Source of the DNA: Lingula anatina | Lineage: Eukaryota > Animalia > Brachiopoda | NCBI GenBank assembly: GCA_051362555.1 | Contig: CM120641.1 | Span: 31,254,401-31,318,400, forward strand | Length of the DNA stretch: 64,000 nt | Reading direction: 5' to 3' | Notes under the pieces: generated by a model | Told to the model about the DNA's origin: nothing | Database searches by the model: none | Seen by the model: the letters and a program-made list of their open reading frames with translations, nothing else | Program-made: the position numbers and the translations under genes | Part shown: piece after piece, positions 1-12,657 of the stretch | Layout of the letters: each line of letters begins with the position of its first letter | How positions within the stretch are numbered: position 1 is the stretch's first letter

Positions 1-2352
1 TAAATACATTTTTATTTAGCTGGACCATAAAGGATTATGTAAAACAAGCAGCTAATTTGTATTGAAATAAATGTGGGAATTACAATCACTTAAAGATCGG
101 TCTCTGACGGGACATTTTTGACCCCTGTATTTTTTTACTAAAACTCCAATGCAAAATTCTCTTTGAAATTTCATTTAATCAAGACTTTTGTAATTCGTAT
201 TGCAAGGTACAAGTCTTGGGAAGCAATTAATGCACAAACAGGCCAGTTTTGTTTTCTTTCCTTGGCAGCATGGGTTGTTAAGTGTAAAAAGTCACTGTCT
301 CTGACGGGACACTTTTGGGCACTATTGAAAAATCTTAGAAAAGAGGTTTAAAAAGTCACATTTTTGTATGTAGTGAATCTTACTTGATGGTTATTGCAAA
401 ACAGCATTTCTGTACATTAGAAAAATCACCAGATACAATATGTTTATAATATTAATTAATTAATTATCATGACACGGCGATAAGGCACAGTATAATTTTC
501 ACGTAATCCACTGTCCATTACTGCTATTTCTCAATATCAATCAACACTGTCCATGATAGTTCACATAATAATTCCTGTTTTTCAATTAGTCTTAGAAAAC
601 ATATCTTTTCTGCACTTTAGAGATTTTTTTCAACCAGTCACATTAACAGGTGATGGAAACAAGTTAAGTCCACGAGTGTCTATGCTAGGCATTGGAAGGA
701 CTTCCTTGGCATTTTTACGGGAATCCATGCTTTATCTTCTGTGGCAGGGTACACAAAGATTCTTTTGCCAGAACCTTCATTACGTTAGAAACTGACTTCC
801 ATTTTGCCGTCTTCAGTGTCATGGGTGACCTGACCTAAGAATTGTTTTACTCCTTTCCTGGCAGCAAACTCCGCAATGACAAAATTTCCCTGGTGAGACT
901 GAGCTGTGCCTTGACTGACACTGTCATAGTGCAGATGTGCAGGCAAATCAAAGTCCACAGTCATATGAGTAAGTTTAGCATATTAAGAGGGTTGCTGGTA
1001 CTGAGAATTGGTTGACACAAGTACATGTATACCTGACTGGGGCTGGGGCTGAAGCTGTTGGAAGTGTTGAATTCCTGGAACAGATGGACAGTTTACCCAG
1101 CGACTGCTGATGGGCGCGGTAGCTGCTACAATATCTGCTACAGACAGGTACATTACGTTGACATTGGGGCATAATTCTTTGCCAGCCAAATAGAATTGAT
1201 AAGGTGTATCTACAACCATTTTTCTCTGGAGCACAGCTCCCCAAACCTGATGTTTCATTTCCCCTATGATTCTATCCACTGGTCCTTTGCCATGGGCAGT
1301 GGTATAAAAAGTACCACAGTGCTTCCATACCAAAATCTCATTCATGATAGTACCTTGTTTAGACAGTAAAAACCAATTTTTGAATTGAATGGGGGTTTGG
1401 GCTCTGTCTGACCAGTAATGGACTTTGCTGAATGATTGCTGGTGTTGGAGGTCTTCGAGAATGGCCTTATTACAAGTAAAAACGGACTGTTTGTTATGGT
1501 GCAGATCATCAGATACCACAACATATGGTTGGAGCTGGAGGTCTCCTTCAGACTCTGTTCTAAATCATGCACATGCAGTGAACAGAATTACCTGCTCACA
1601 GTTCTAGTGCTTTGACATGATCTCTGACGGCACATGTCAACACCTAATCACTGACAGTCAACCTAGCTAATAATCAGTAATAGTTAATGAATTACCCAGT
1701 AATGATCAGTTGCAAAAGAAAAATAAGAAATGTAACACACCAGAACACTTGAAAATGATTCAGTTGAAGATGTAAAACCTTGTGTTTTACATCTGTCAGA
1801 AAATGTCCCGTCAGAGACTGAAAATGTCCCGTCAGAGACAATGATAAAATGTGGCAATAAATTCACTGTTAATTGTTTTAATTTTGTAATTTTTAGCTAT
1901 AATCATTACTTATTATTATTTAAAAGAGGATTTGAAGTTTCATTTATACAACCTACCAGATGTGGAAAATATGAAAACTTTTCGAAGTCAAATGTCTCTG
2001 ACGGGACACACCACTCCTAGTGCTAAATAATTTTTTACTCAAAATAAGTGAAAGGTGGCAGTTTTCTATGTTAAACTATTACTTCTGATTAGTTTAACAT
2101 ATTTGAGTGATAAAAACTTGAAAAAACAACCTAATATCTGACTCAGGCCAATATGACCACGTGTCCCGTCAGAGACAATTTTTTTTTCCTTTATGTTTCC
2201 CAGTGGCTCACAGAAAAAGTACTGGGAGTATATCAATGAAACTTACATTGTCTGAAAATTTGATTTGTTTTCTACAAAAATGTCAAAATTTTTAATTTCA
2301 ATGAACAAAAAAAAATTTGGACACCCATGGCACCGTTACTGTGTTTTGACCC
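1..2352 (-). mobile_element. Decayed Sola2-like DNA transposon (left end outside window or unresolved)
   Basis: Transposase remnant flanked by 7 copies of GTCTCTGACGGGACA in both orientations (100, 297, 1621, 1804, 1825, 1994, 2162). Right boundary approximate. Confidence 0.6.
630..1600 (-). pseudogene. Sola2-like DDD transposase C-terminal remnant
   Basis: ORF 983..1519 has YWSD...QFKN, TAHGKGPVD..G..K and PGIQHF motifs typical of Sola2-type transposases. Frameshifted and N-terminally missing. Confidence 0.65.
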
Positions 2353-3099
2353 AAAAACAGAAAATGCACAGTGCTTGTGGTGGATGGGAGTTGAAAGTGA
2401 TATCTTGAAGATGCTAGTGTTTGAAAAATAATTAAAAGAAAATGTAAAATAAAACATAACAAAGAATTCCAATAAAGCTGCTATTCAAACTTTAAATCTA
2501 GCTGTGTAATTACTAACATGACTAACATTTACCTGCATAATAATCATTGATTCCTTATTATGTGACACAGTTAAGAGAGATATACCCAGGGGACTTTACA
2601 ATGAAATCTCATTGTGTGTTTTATGTAATCTCATTAAATGGCCACTTGAAAATTAATTAAGCAAATTACTTTATGAACGTGTGTTTTATGTAATCTCATT
2701 TAATGGCCACTTGAAAATTGATTAAGCAAATTATTTTATGATCCTGAATTAATATACTGCCATATACATTTATTGCACCATAGTTCACTCTATAGAACTG
2801 CATTGCTTCCAAAACAGAAAACAAGCACAATGGTTTTCCAACACAAGCTGCACTTCAGTCTTAGGAACTTTTCAGTAAATTTGAGTATCATAAGTAACAT
2901 GGTTTTCCCTTAATCGCTATCCTGGCAGCAGTGTCCAAAATACAGGTTTCTTCAACTTTCATGCAATATAACATAATACTTTACAGCTTAATGACCATCA
3001 ATTTTTTTTAAAAAAAAGAAAAAATAAAAGTATCATGGATATTCAGAAAATGTGATATGGGAAGGTCTTCAAGACCATGGAAGTTCAGAGTCACACATT

Positions 3100-4955
3100 C
3101 AAAATGCCAAAATGTAAACAAGAGATAACTTTACTGAAATGATTTTCTTTCCATTTTCAACACCTTTTTACATAAAACAAAATAATCAATTTACTGTCAT
3201 TTTTAAATGATCATCTAGGAAAATTGTTGACATAGGAAAAATATCAATAGAACAATTTTAAATGTCCAATTTGCTCCATTCACAGATTCTGAACATAGTG
3301 AATGATTGGATCTGACAAACTGCAATGATGAGTTCCTTTCCATTTTTGATACTTTATTACACAAAGCACGATAACAGGTTTACCGTCATTTTTATATAAT
3401 CAACTAACAATATTGTTAAGAAGCAGAAAAATGTCAAAACAACACTTTTACATATCTAATTAGTTCCATAATGAGACTGTTAACATGCCTAAGAATTAAA
3501 TCTGAAGAAAAAAACACTTATATACAAAAAGGCTAATAACTTCATCAAAACTTAACTGATCAAGCTTATTTTCAAACTTGATCTGTATACTAGTCAGACT
3601 AATCACTGCTGTGAGTTGCAAGACAAAAGGCTGATTGGTTTTCCTTAAAATGTGTTATCAGTGTTGCATATATGCTGAATAAGGGAAAAAACAGCATAAC
3701 TGTTGTAAATATAGTCCAATCAGGCCAATTTTCGAACTTGAAATGCGTATTATGAATATTCATCAGTTTCAATCCAAAAGGAAAAACATTTTTACACTGA
3801 TCTTGTTATCCATGTTACAAAAATGCTGAAATTTTGAAAAAAAAAAAAAAATCAAAACTTCCCTAAAATTGGCTGGATCATACTGTATTTCAAACTTGAC
3901 CTGCGTATTATGAATATTCATCAGTTCTGTAAGTTTCAAGCCAAAAAGTAAAACGGTATTTCACTTATCGTGTTATCGGTGCTACATAAATGCTGAAAAA
4001 AGTGAAACAAGACAGCACTGTTCTGAAATGGGTTTATTTCCATTTTAAAGACTTTTTTAACATAAAACAAAATAAACAGTTTACTGCCATTTTTATATGA
4101 TCAACTAAGAAAATTGATGAGATGGGGAAAAATATCAATAAGACAGTGTTATATGTCCAATTTCCTCCATTATGAGATTCTGAACATAGTGGATGATTGA
4201 ATCTGACAAACTGCAATGATATGATATGATTTATTTTCATTTTTGACACTTTATTACACAATACACGATAACAAGTTTACTATTATTTTTACAAAAGCAA
4301 CTAACAATGTTGTAAAGATGCAGGAAATGCCAAACAAACACTTTGACATATCTTATTAGTTCAATAACGTGACTGTTAACATGCCTAGGAATTGAATCTG
4401 AGGAAATGTGAAAAAACAGCATAACTTCTAAAATAATGGACCTATTATGCTGATTTTCCAACTCAACCTGCGTTTTAGTAAGATTGGCCACTCCTGTGAG
4501 TATAATGACAATTGGCCTATCTGTTTTTCTTATATTGTGTCATCAGTGTTGCATATATGCTGAAAAAAAGTGAAAAACAGCTTAACTTCCATAAAAGTGG
4601 CCTGATCATGCTGATTTTCAAACTCGACCTGTGTATTATGAATATTTATCAGTTCTGTAAGTTTCAAGCCAAAGGGTAAAACAGCTTTTCCTTTATTGTG
4701 TTATCGGTGTTGCAAAAATGCTGAAAAAAGTGAAAAAACAGCATAAATTCCCTATAAGTGACCCGATCATGCTGATTTTCGAACTTGACCTGTGTATTAT
4801 GAATATTCATCAGTTCTGTAAGTTTCAAGCCAAAAGAAAAAACAGTTTTCCACTTATCGTGTTATCGGTAAAAGTGCACGGCGACGACGGCGACGGCGAC
4901 GACAGACACAGATGACGGCTATATGTACAGACACATCTGTGTCTGTACATAAAAA
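3100..4955 (+). mobile_element. Non-autonomous Helentron-associated (HINE/DINE-1-like) element with internal tandem arrays
   Basis: Internal ~190 bp and ~125 bp repeat units, GC-rich microsatellite (cggcga)n near the end, perfect 13 bp hairpin TATGTACAGACAC-atct-GTGTCTGTACATA at 4922-4951 followed by an A-run. Confidence 0.7.
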
Positions 4956-4956
4956 C

Positions 4957-5075
4957 CCTGGACTAATGTTGAATGCAGGAATGGGGTCGTTGACCATTGG
5001 TAAGTACGGGAAAATTGCCGTTTATGCCAGGAAAATTCAATTTTTGGCCAAAACGAAGAGTAATTCTGACTTTAA
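4957..5075 (-). mobile_element. One end of a Kolobok-type MITE (same family as 40332 and 44786)
   Basis: Reverse complement matches the first ~120 bp of the 44786 element; ends in CTTTAA. Confidence 0.65.
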
Positions 5076-5082
5076 ATTGGAC

Positions 5083-8000
5083 CATAGAAGTAGAGAAAAT
5101 GGAATGCCAACTCCGCGAGATTTGTATTGCCCTCTGTGTTATGAGCTTGTGACCACGAGAGTTGGGCGAGAGTTGGGTAGTTTTACTTCCGGTCAACTTT
5201 CGTTGCACTACATGTGAATGGGGAGCAGGCGTGCTAAGACAATTGAGCGTCATTTTGACAGATTTTTGGTTCAATTTGATTAATAATGGCCTCGAAGTTG
5301 ACATTATTGGAGGTAAGTCTGTCTCTTAGCTTGATTAAACGAAGCTGGATTGCAGCATGTGGATAAAATCGACGATAATCGAGCGATCTCACACAAAGCA
5401 CGTGGACAGCCGGCAGAGTTTTACTTTCCCTGTCGTGATCAAGTAATGATATATCTGTACAGCAACGGAATATTAGTCCGAACTAGCCGTGAACTGTAGT
5501 TTGACTGCACATCATACTTGAAAAAAGTCGGAATAAAATTCTGTCCCTTAACTAGGGAATTTGATATTTAATGCTTTTGTTTACAACTAAATACAAGGCT
5601 GCTAGCAATTTTCCTGCCAAGGAAAAGGCGACCCAATAATTTTTTCTACCGATATTAAATCACCTCATTAAGTTGAATCCTACTCACATTCATTATCATT
5701 AAAATTTTGTATTTGTTGTAAGTTATTTTTTTCCAAAATTTTAAGTAAATTTTCTGTTTATTGGATGATTTTGAAGAGAGATTCAGTATGCTGCAACTCG
5801 CCGTACAGAGCACCACGCAACCAGTAGCACCAGCCTAGTATGTTGCAATAAATAAAAATAACCATCTTTCTGAACATTTTTTTTGTTTGAGAACATTTTT
5901 ATATGATTAAACATTTTATAGTTACATGGAAATTGGTACAGTACATTCCTTTTCGTTAGATATTATGCATTTACATTAATAATGAAACATGATACAAATA
6001 CAAAAATAATTTGCTGACAGTGCTTTTGTAAATTTACTACTTCAGGTGACTGAAATCTCACAATTAGTGGAGCAATCCCTGGAAAAGCTGCATCCAGCAT
6101 TTTGTTGACATACAGCAGCTATAAATATGCAAAAGGAAACTTCAAAAGGTACATTGTTAAAGAATATATTTATTTCAGTATTTCAAGGCTTTTATCAAAA
6201 TTACAAAGTTCCAAATATGTATCAGTTATAGTAGAAATAACAGCTGTTACTGCATACATAATAACAATAATAGCAAATGAATTTTACTCTTGCCCTGCAT
6301 ATAAAATTTTTATATTTCTATGGAATGTTTTCTTGTCTACTTTGATCAATCATCAGTATATGATAAGAACAGTGAAATTTAGAGAAATCAGATATAAATA
6401 CATAAAGCATCTTCAGCTGAAACGTTTAGAAAATACAATGATTTCAGTTTAGAAATATTTTGCAATTGTTTAATACACTTTTGAACATGGTAATATTTCA
6501 GTCTAATGTTCAAGAAATCCAAAAAATAATTTATTTCCTGTGCCTTAATTATACCACGCACTTCCAAAACTATATAAAAATGTTTTTACTTGTTTTCCAT
6601 GTAATACATCATGCCTCATCTATCTTTAAAAGCATTTTATAGTTTGTTATTTTCTCCTCTGTTTATTTCAATTTTTTTGTTTTATTTTTTTTTAAATTTT
6701 ATTTATTTATTATTATTATTAATTTTTTTTCTACTCTTAGCTGCAAACCATGGGTTATCTGATGCCATCACCTAAGATAGCTAATTTGGAAGTGCTTGAT
6801 TTTACACCTTAAATTTTCCTTAAATAATATCAGCACCTGTTCACACAGTTTGAAGCCTCATACATCTGACCCATAGAATACTATAGGTGCAATTAATTTA
6901 TTTAAAAGTGTAAATGCAATATTGGGTTGAACTTAATCACAATAGTATTTCAACCTGTTTTTAATAATGGTAACTTTACCTTGCCTGCATAGTTTATTAT
7001 AATGGTAACTTTTTCTTGCCTGCATACTCGATTTTTTCTCAGCTCTTGTTCATGTTATACTATGGATTATTCTTTAATATATGGTGACAGGCAGTGAAAG
7101 TGCATCAGAAAACTTTCTTGTCCTTTTTTTAACGAGAATCGATTCCAACTCTCTTTTGGTCATAAAAGAGTGAAATGTGTGACTGAATAATGTGTCATAT
7201 TTCACATGAAAACTGTCATTTTCTTAATGTGCCAAAGGAACTTAAAATATTATTTGATAAATAAATGCTATGATTTTATTGACTGTCAGTATACATTTAA
7301 AATCCAATGTTTTACATAGCCATAGTTAAAAATAAAGATGTATTGAAACGGATTTCTCAAACAGCAATATTCTTGGATATGTCAAAATCTGGAGTCAGAC
7401 ATAATTAGTTGTACTCTGCCATTAGTACTTTTAAAAAACGTGCATCACTAGCATACAGTTCTAATTTAGTTTCAGGTTTCTGCAAACTTTTGGGACAATA
7501 TATATCTCCCTGTTTGGTAAAAAAGTCCAAAGTCTCCAGGCTGAACAGAGAGGCATCCCAGTCAGCTATTTTCACTGCTACAACCAGCATACAAGACATT
7601 ACAGCAGTCTGGTTGGCAGTTGAGATCTTCAGTTAAGTCCTGGATGCACATTTCATCAGCCCTACTAGTGCAGAAAATGTTGTCGATTCCATCAAACGGA
7701 CAGAGGTAGACATCACACACTATAATGATTGGTGGTTTTTGTAGTCAGCAAACTGAAACATAGATGAAGGGGAAGTGATAACAAGGAAAAACTGAGTCAA
7801 CTCGGAGATAAAAGTACACAGCCAGAAGCAGACATTGCAGGCTGCTAAGTCACAAGGCAGACTTGCATCTATCACTACAAATGCAGCCTATGTTGATGGA
7901 AATGAAAAAATTTTAGGAAAAAATTTCCTATACAGATACATTTTTCCAATGCTCTAATTCTGTTATTCCAGACTGCCATTTTAGTTCTACATAACATGCT

Positions 8001-9612
8001 AAATGTACAAATTCTGCCCTTCTTATGCACATTTCTTAATTTATACATTTCTATTTTAAAGTAAGGATAGTCTCAATTTGTATGTAACTACAATCAGTTT
8101 CACCATACATGTGTGCACTGCTAAATGTCTGATGTAAAAAATAAAGCTATGAAACCGAGACATAAGTCCTCATTTGGTAAGCAAACAGCAATGTTGAATT
8201 TAAGTTGTAATAAGGAGGTGAAAGGGATGTTAATTCATTTCAATCGAGTTCAATAAACTTTCATGAGATAATATTAATCCCCCAATTATACAGCCTGAAT
8301 GTACACATACATTTAATGAAACAGTGCTTCAAAATACCTGGAACAGATCTCGACTTTCTCAGGATTGAAGTAGCTGTCACATCTGTTGATGCAGTGGATC
8401 AGCTGACTTCTCCATTTGTCTGAAACCTCAGACACTCCTGTGGATATGAAAAGATACATGTACCACCTTAATTCTTGTACTCGCCTTGGAAATGGGAGTT
8501 TGTGGAATCAAAAAGCTAGCATTTAGGCATATGAAGATGTAAAATATTGAACATTATGAGATATCATAAATTGTCGTTTTATTTATAATTATTGTGAAAG
8601 TAGATAGTCATTCACTTGGGGAAACGTGGAAGAGAGATAATAATAAAATGGTTTGCTTGATTATTATTTTGTGTTGCTTCAATTTTACCTTAGGCAAACT
8701 CATAAATTAACTGTGAAAAGAAACACCCTTGCCTTTCTGTGAGGCACTGCATAAAACAACAAAACAGAACTCCTTCCTGACACCCTTGAAAAGAACAGAA
8801 TAAAAATTTACATTTATAATAAATTGTCATTATTAGACCAACATAGTCAGGTATATCTGAATCATATGTTGAAGCTATATCTCCAGGAGTAATAACCAGC
8901 TATAACTGATCTAGTTTATTGTTGCAATGATTCTCTGGTGGGATGGCCCAACTCCAAGTATGACTTGGATCTTTCCGTTTTTTCTATTAAACATGTTCGT
9001 ATTTTGCTTGTACAAATGCACTTAATGAAAAGGGGATAACTAAATATGTAATATTTATATGTATGAATAGTCTGTGTTTTTATTAACAGCTTGGATAACG
9101 ACATTTAGTTTACAGATTTCTCGAAGACCGTGCGTGGACACAGATCGAGGGATTAACGGAAAAACAATCAGCGTCAGACGACCATTGTATTCAAGGACAG
9201 ATCATATCATGAATGAGTCTCTCACTCCTAAAATTTACGCCTAAAGAACACAATATTGTATTAAAATACAAAAGTTATTACTTACATTGCGAAATTATCT
9301 TCGGTGTTATCTTCGGTATACACTCCGTCACACGCACCAAAAAAAGCGATTTGGTTTTTAATGATTCCGTTTTCACACCAACAAAACTGCAGTTGGAATG
9401 TGCCGACTCCCGTTTACGCCATGCCAAATCACATAATCGTAAAAACTAGCTTTAGTCGCTATGTGCAGTAGTTTTACAACATGTTAAAGCGTGAGTTGAA
9501 TGCAGCGGCATGGAAACCGGAAGTAAAACTACCCAACTCTCGCCCAACTCTCGTGGTCACAAGCTCGGCCTGCGAGATTTGAAGTTGGCATTCCATTTTC
9601 TCTACTTCTATG
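5083..9612. mobile_element. Non-autonomous P-element-like TIR transposon, 4530 bp
   Basis: Perfect 30 bp TIR CATAGAAGTAGAGAAAATGGAATGCCAACT plus a second perfect 51 bp IR (5143-5193 / 9516-9566); 7 bp TSD ATTGGAC (5076-5082, 9613-9619). CAT termini with a 7-8 bp TSD fit the P superfamily. Confidence 0.8.
7405..8990 (-). pseudogene. Multi-exon cargo pseudogene of unknown function inside the P-like element
   Basis: Canonical AG/GT exon 8515-8338 and acceptor at 7752. Protein-like reading FHKLPFPRRVQELRWY...CINRCDSYFNPEKVEICS then KPPIIIVCDVYLCPFDGIDNIFC..., with stops and a frameshift. Confidence 0.45.
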
Positions 9613-9619
9613 ATTGGAC

Positions 9620-10149
9620 TTATATGCAAGATTAAATATTCAGGAGTTCACAAGTATGAAGAAATGACTTTTTATCTGAAAATAAATCCACTGCATTTTC
9701 CAGGCTCATTTGACGGAATATTTTGGTAAAAAAATACATTACATGTATGACTACACATATTAATATTAAACTTACAAAGTTTACCAAGAGGTATTAATGG
9801 AAAAAAATGGTTTTGATGAACAACCAGAAAGATTTCAGAAGTATGCCCATGGAGCATTTGTAACAAGCGGGTTATGCAACTAACCTCTGATTATGACAAT
9901 CACAGTGAATCAGACTTTTCCGATTTGGGTTCAGAGCATAACGTTTCAGATGCTGACAGTGAAGAATCTACTTGAATAAATTCACTTTGAGACTAAGAGT
10001 CCCTGTTTCAATATCGTTCTTGCCTGCAATTGGTTTAATCAGGTAATTTTCAAAAAAAATCAGGACTGGCTACTTTTGGTCAGGGCTGGATACTTTTCAA
10101 GTTGCCAGCCCTGCTGTCCGGCTTCAAATTTATACGAATTTCATACCCT
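9620..10149 (+). mobile_element. Right end remnant of a hAT-like element
   Basis: Acidic C-terminal-like peptide (SDYDNHSESDFSDLGSEHNVSDADSEEST*), subterminal ctgg(c/a)tactttt repeats and a CCCTG terminus. Confidence 0.35.
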
Positions 10150-11131
10150 GCAACTTGATGTCATTTTTTGTGCTTAATTTTTGGCTGAGATGTGGCAATT
10201 GTAGCAACGTACCCTAAAAATCTGTCTTCTCCATCTTCTACTGACCTCTATGATCATTTGTCATCTGAATTACATAATAATGTACAGAATACCCTGTGGG
10301 AGCAGACGGCTAGCTCGCATGGCGGTTATTTAGGAAATTATTAGACTTGGCCTCGTTTTCAAAGAGGGGAGGGGGGCGCAGCTCCAAGAGAAAGTAGCCC
10401 AGAGACCGGTAAGATGTAGAATACGTGTTTATACAATGGCCTTTCGAGTTTTATACTAATAAACTTAACGAGACGATAAAGTATATAATTATGTGACATT
10501 TTATACACCAAAGGAATATCCGTGCATCGATTTCAATGAATGTTCTCTTATAGTTACTGGCGAGTAGCAAAATTGGTACTAGAAGTTGTGAAAGGTACAA
10601 CATTGTAAACTAACCATAGGCATGTTTTAAAATATATGAATCTTAAATTTGGCTTTAAACATGTTTACTTTTTCCTGCGGGGTGTGGGGGTGTGTGCAAA
10701 TGTATTGTATCAATTTTGAGAAAAAAAAACATTAACCCAAAATAAGTTTTATTGCGCCATTGGTTTGGCATTTTGGGTGGAATAGTGTCATAAAAGTGGC
10801 AATTTATAAACACAGATGAATAATATGTGTGTTTGCATGTCTTGTCAGTAAGTGATAGGCAAATAATCATTTAAGGGACTGTTGGTATTGACCATTATGG
10901 AATTTGGTTTTTAGTCTGGTTAGGGTGAACCAATCTTAATTAATGCTCTTGAGGATATGGCAGCTAGCATCTGTGTTTTGTTATCATACCTTTATTTTCC
11001 ATTTGTGTATTGCAAATTTAAACTTTGAAGGTGCTGAAGGTCCAGAGGACCTGCACTTCATGTACCAGAAATAAATCTACAGGTCCTTATTCTGTGGAGG
11101 TCCTTCAGTCGCTTCTTACATATGATTAATT

Positions 11132-11195
11132 TCTCTCTCTCTTTCTCTTTCTCTCCTTTAGTCGATGTTTATATATGATTCATCTCTCTCTCTCA

Positions 11196-11231
<36 letters not shown>

Positions 11232-11250
11232 TACACACACACACACACAC
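11132..11250. repeat. (CT)n/(CA)n compound microsatellite
   Basis: Directly visible. Confidence 0.9.
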
Positions 11251-12387
11251 CTGCAAATACATCACTTTTAAGTTAATTTGTGCCGGCCTTTAAAAGGAAA
11301 TTACAGTTGTTTCACAAAAATAAAGAACATATAGTAAACACTCAATCTTTTTGATGGGCAAAAATTATCAAACATTCAGATACATCATTTCATAAGTACA
11401 ATACTTATTCTTTATAGCATTTGTGGTGCTTTTACTGCATAGAATATAACTATATAGTAGTATGTTTCTAATTTTGTTTGTACTTTTTCTGCATAGAATA
11501 TAACTATATAGAAGTATGTTTATAATTTTGTTTGTACCATCCCATAGGAATGATCTGATTTTTAGAAATTATGACTTGGAAAATACTGAATACAATATTT
11601 GTAAAAATCACAACTTTTTCATATGGAAAAGATCAAGTAAATGTAATTACTATATAATGGGAAGATGAAGATCATCTGTAAAACTCATCTTTTAAAATTT
11701 ATAATTATTGTACATTAAATGAAACAGAACCTTCAATGATTAGGGCATGATAGTGGGTACACCACAATTTGTGGTGCCCTGACTTGCATGTGTTTTCTAA
11801 CATTTTCAGGCCTTGATTCAAATTGGGTTTTTAATTGAATGATGGGTGTGCAACTTTGCCCAAAATTCAATTCCAGATAAACTTTGTTTATCAATACTGT
11901 CATGAATTAAATATAAATAGTGCAGTTTAAGGTAAATGGTGCTGTTTAAGTTTACCTATTACAAATATTGCAATCTATTATTATTAATTTCAGTGTGTAT
12001 GCGTGTGAGCGTGCAATAAATGTAGTAAGAAATTTATTTAGAGATATTCTATTGAAAACTCTATTAATTTCTTCTAGGCTTGAATAGAATGTATAGGACC
12101 AGGATTAATCCTTTTGCCAAGCCTTCACCTGCAATTATCATAACAAAAGCACCCATCATTGCCAAATGCTGTGTGGCAATGACCACTATCACAACCTCTG
12201 CAATACTTCTAAGAGATGAAAAAATATGTTCTTGAGCTGTGCTCTTGCTAATATTAATATTTATTAGTTATCAGTATATAGAAATGCAGTTTGTGTAATC
12301 ATTTTAGGCTTTAACCACATGAAGTTAGTTAAAGTGTAAGAGGTATATGCAACTTAACAATGTATTGTTTTATTTTTAATGTGCAAG

Positions 12388-12390
<3 letters not shown>

Positions 12391-12448
<58 letters not shown>
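12391..12448. repeat. (TA)n microsatellite
   Basis: Directly visible. Confidence 0.95.
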
Positions 12449-12454
<6 letters not shown>

Positions 12455-12514
12455 TACAGGCAAAATCTACTTATAAAAATTAAAACAAGTTTATTCAAAT
12501 GAAAATAGGGATTG

Positions 12515-12657
12515 TCAGGGTGCAAGTCACATCTTGGTCCTTGTAGCTGTTGACTCTCAGGGTGCAAGTCCTGGTCTTTATAGCTGTTGATTTTCAGGGT
12601 GCAAGTCTTGGTCCTTGTAGCTGTTGATTTTCAGGGTGAAAGTTTTGGTCCTTGTAA
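12515..12657. repeat. Short ~40 bp tandem repeat, 3-4 copies
   Basis: Unit tcagggtgcaagtc..ggtccttgtagctgttga repeated. Confidence 0.75.

Noticed and set aside
2614-2740. Short two-copy tandem duplications (also 11434-11537 and 29988-30089)
   Set aside because: Ordinary 50-65 bp slippage duplications with no further structure.
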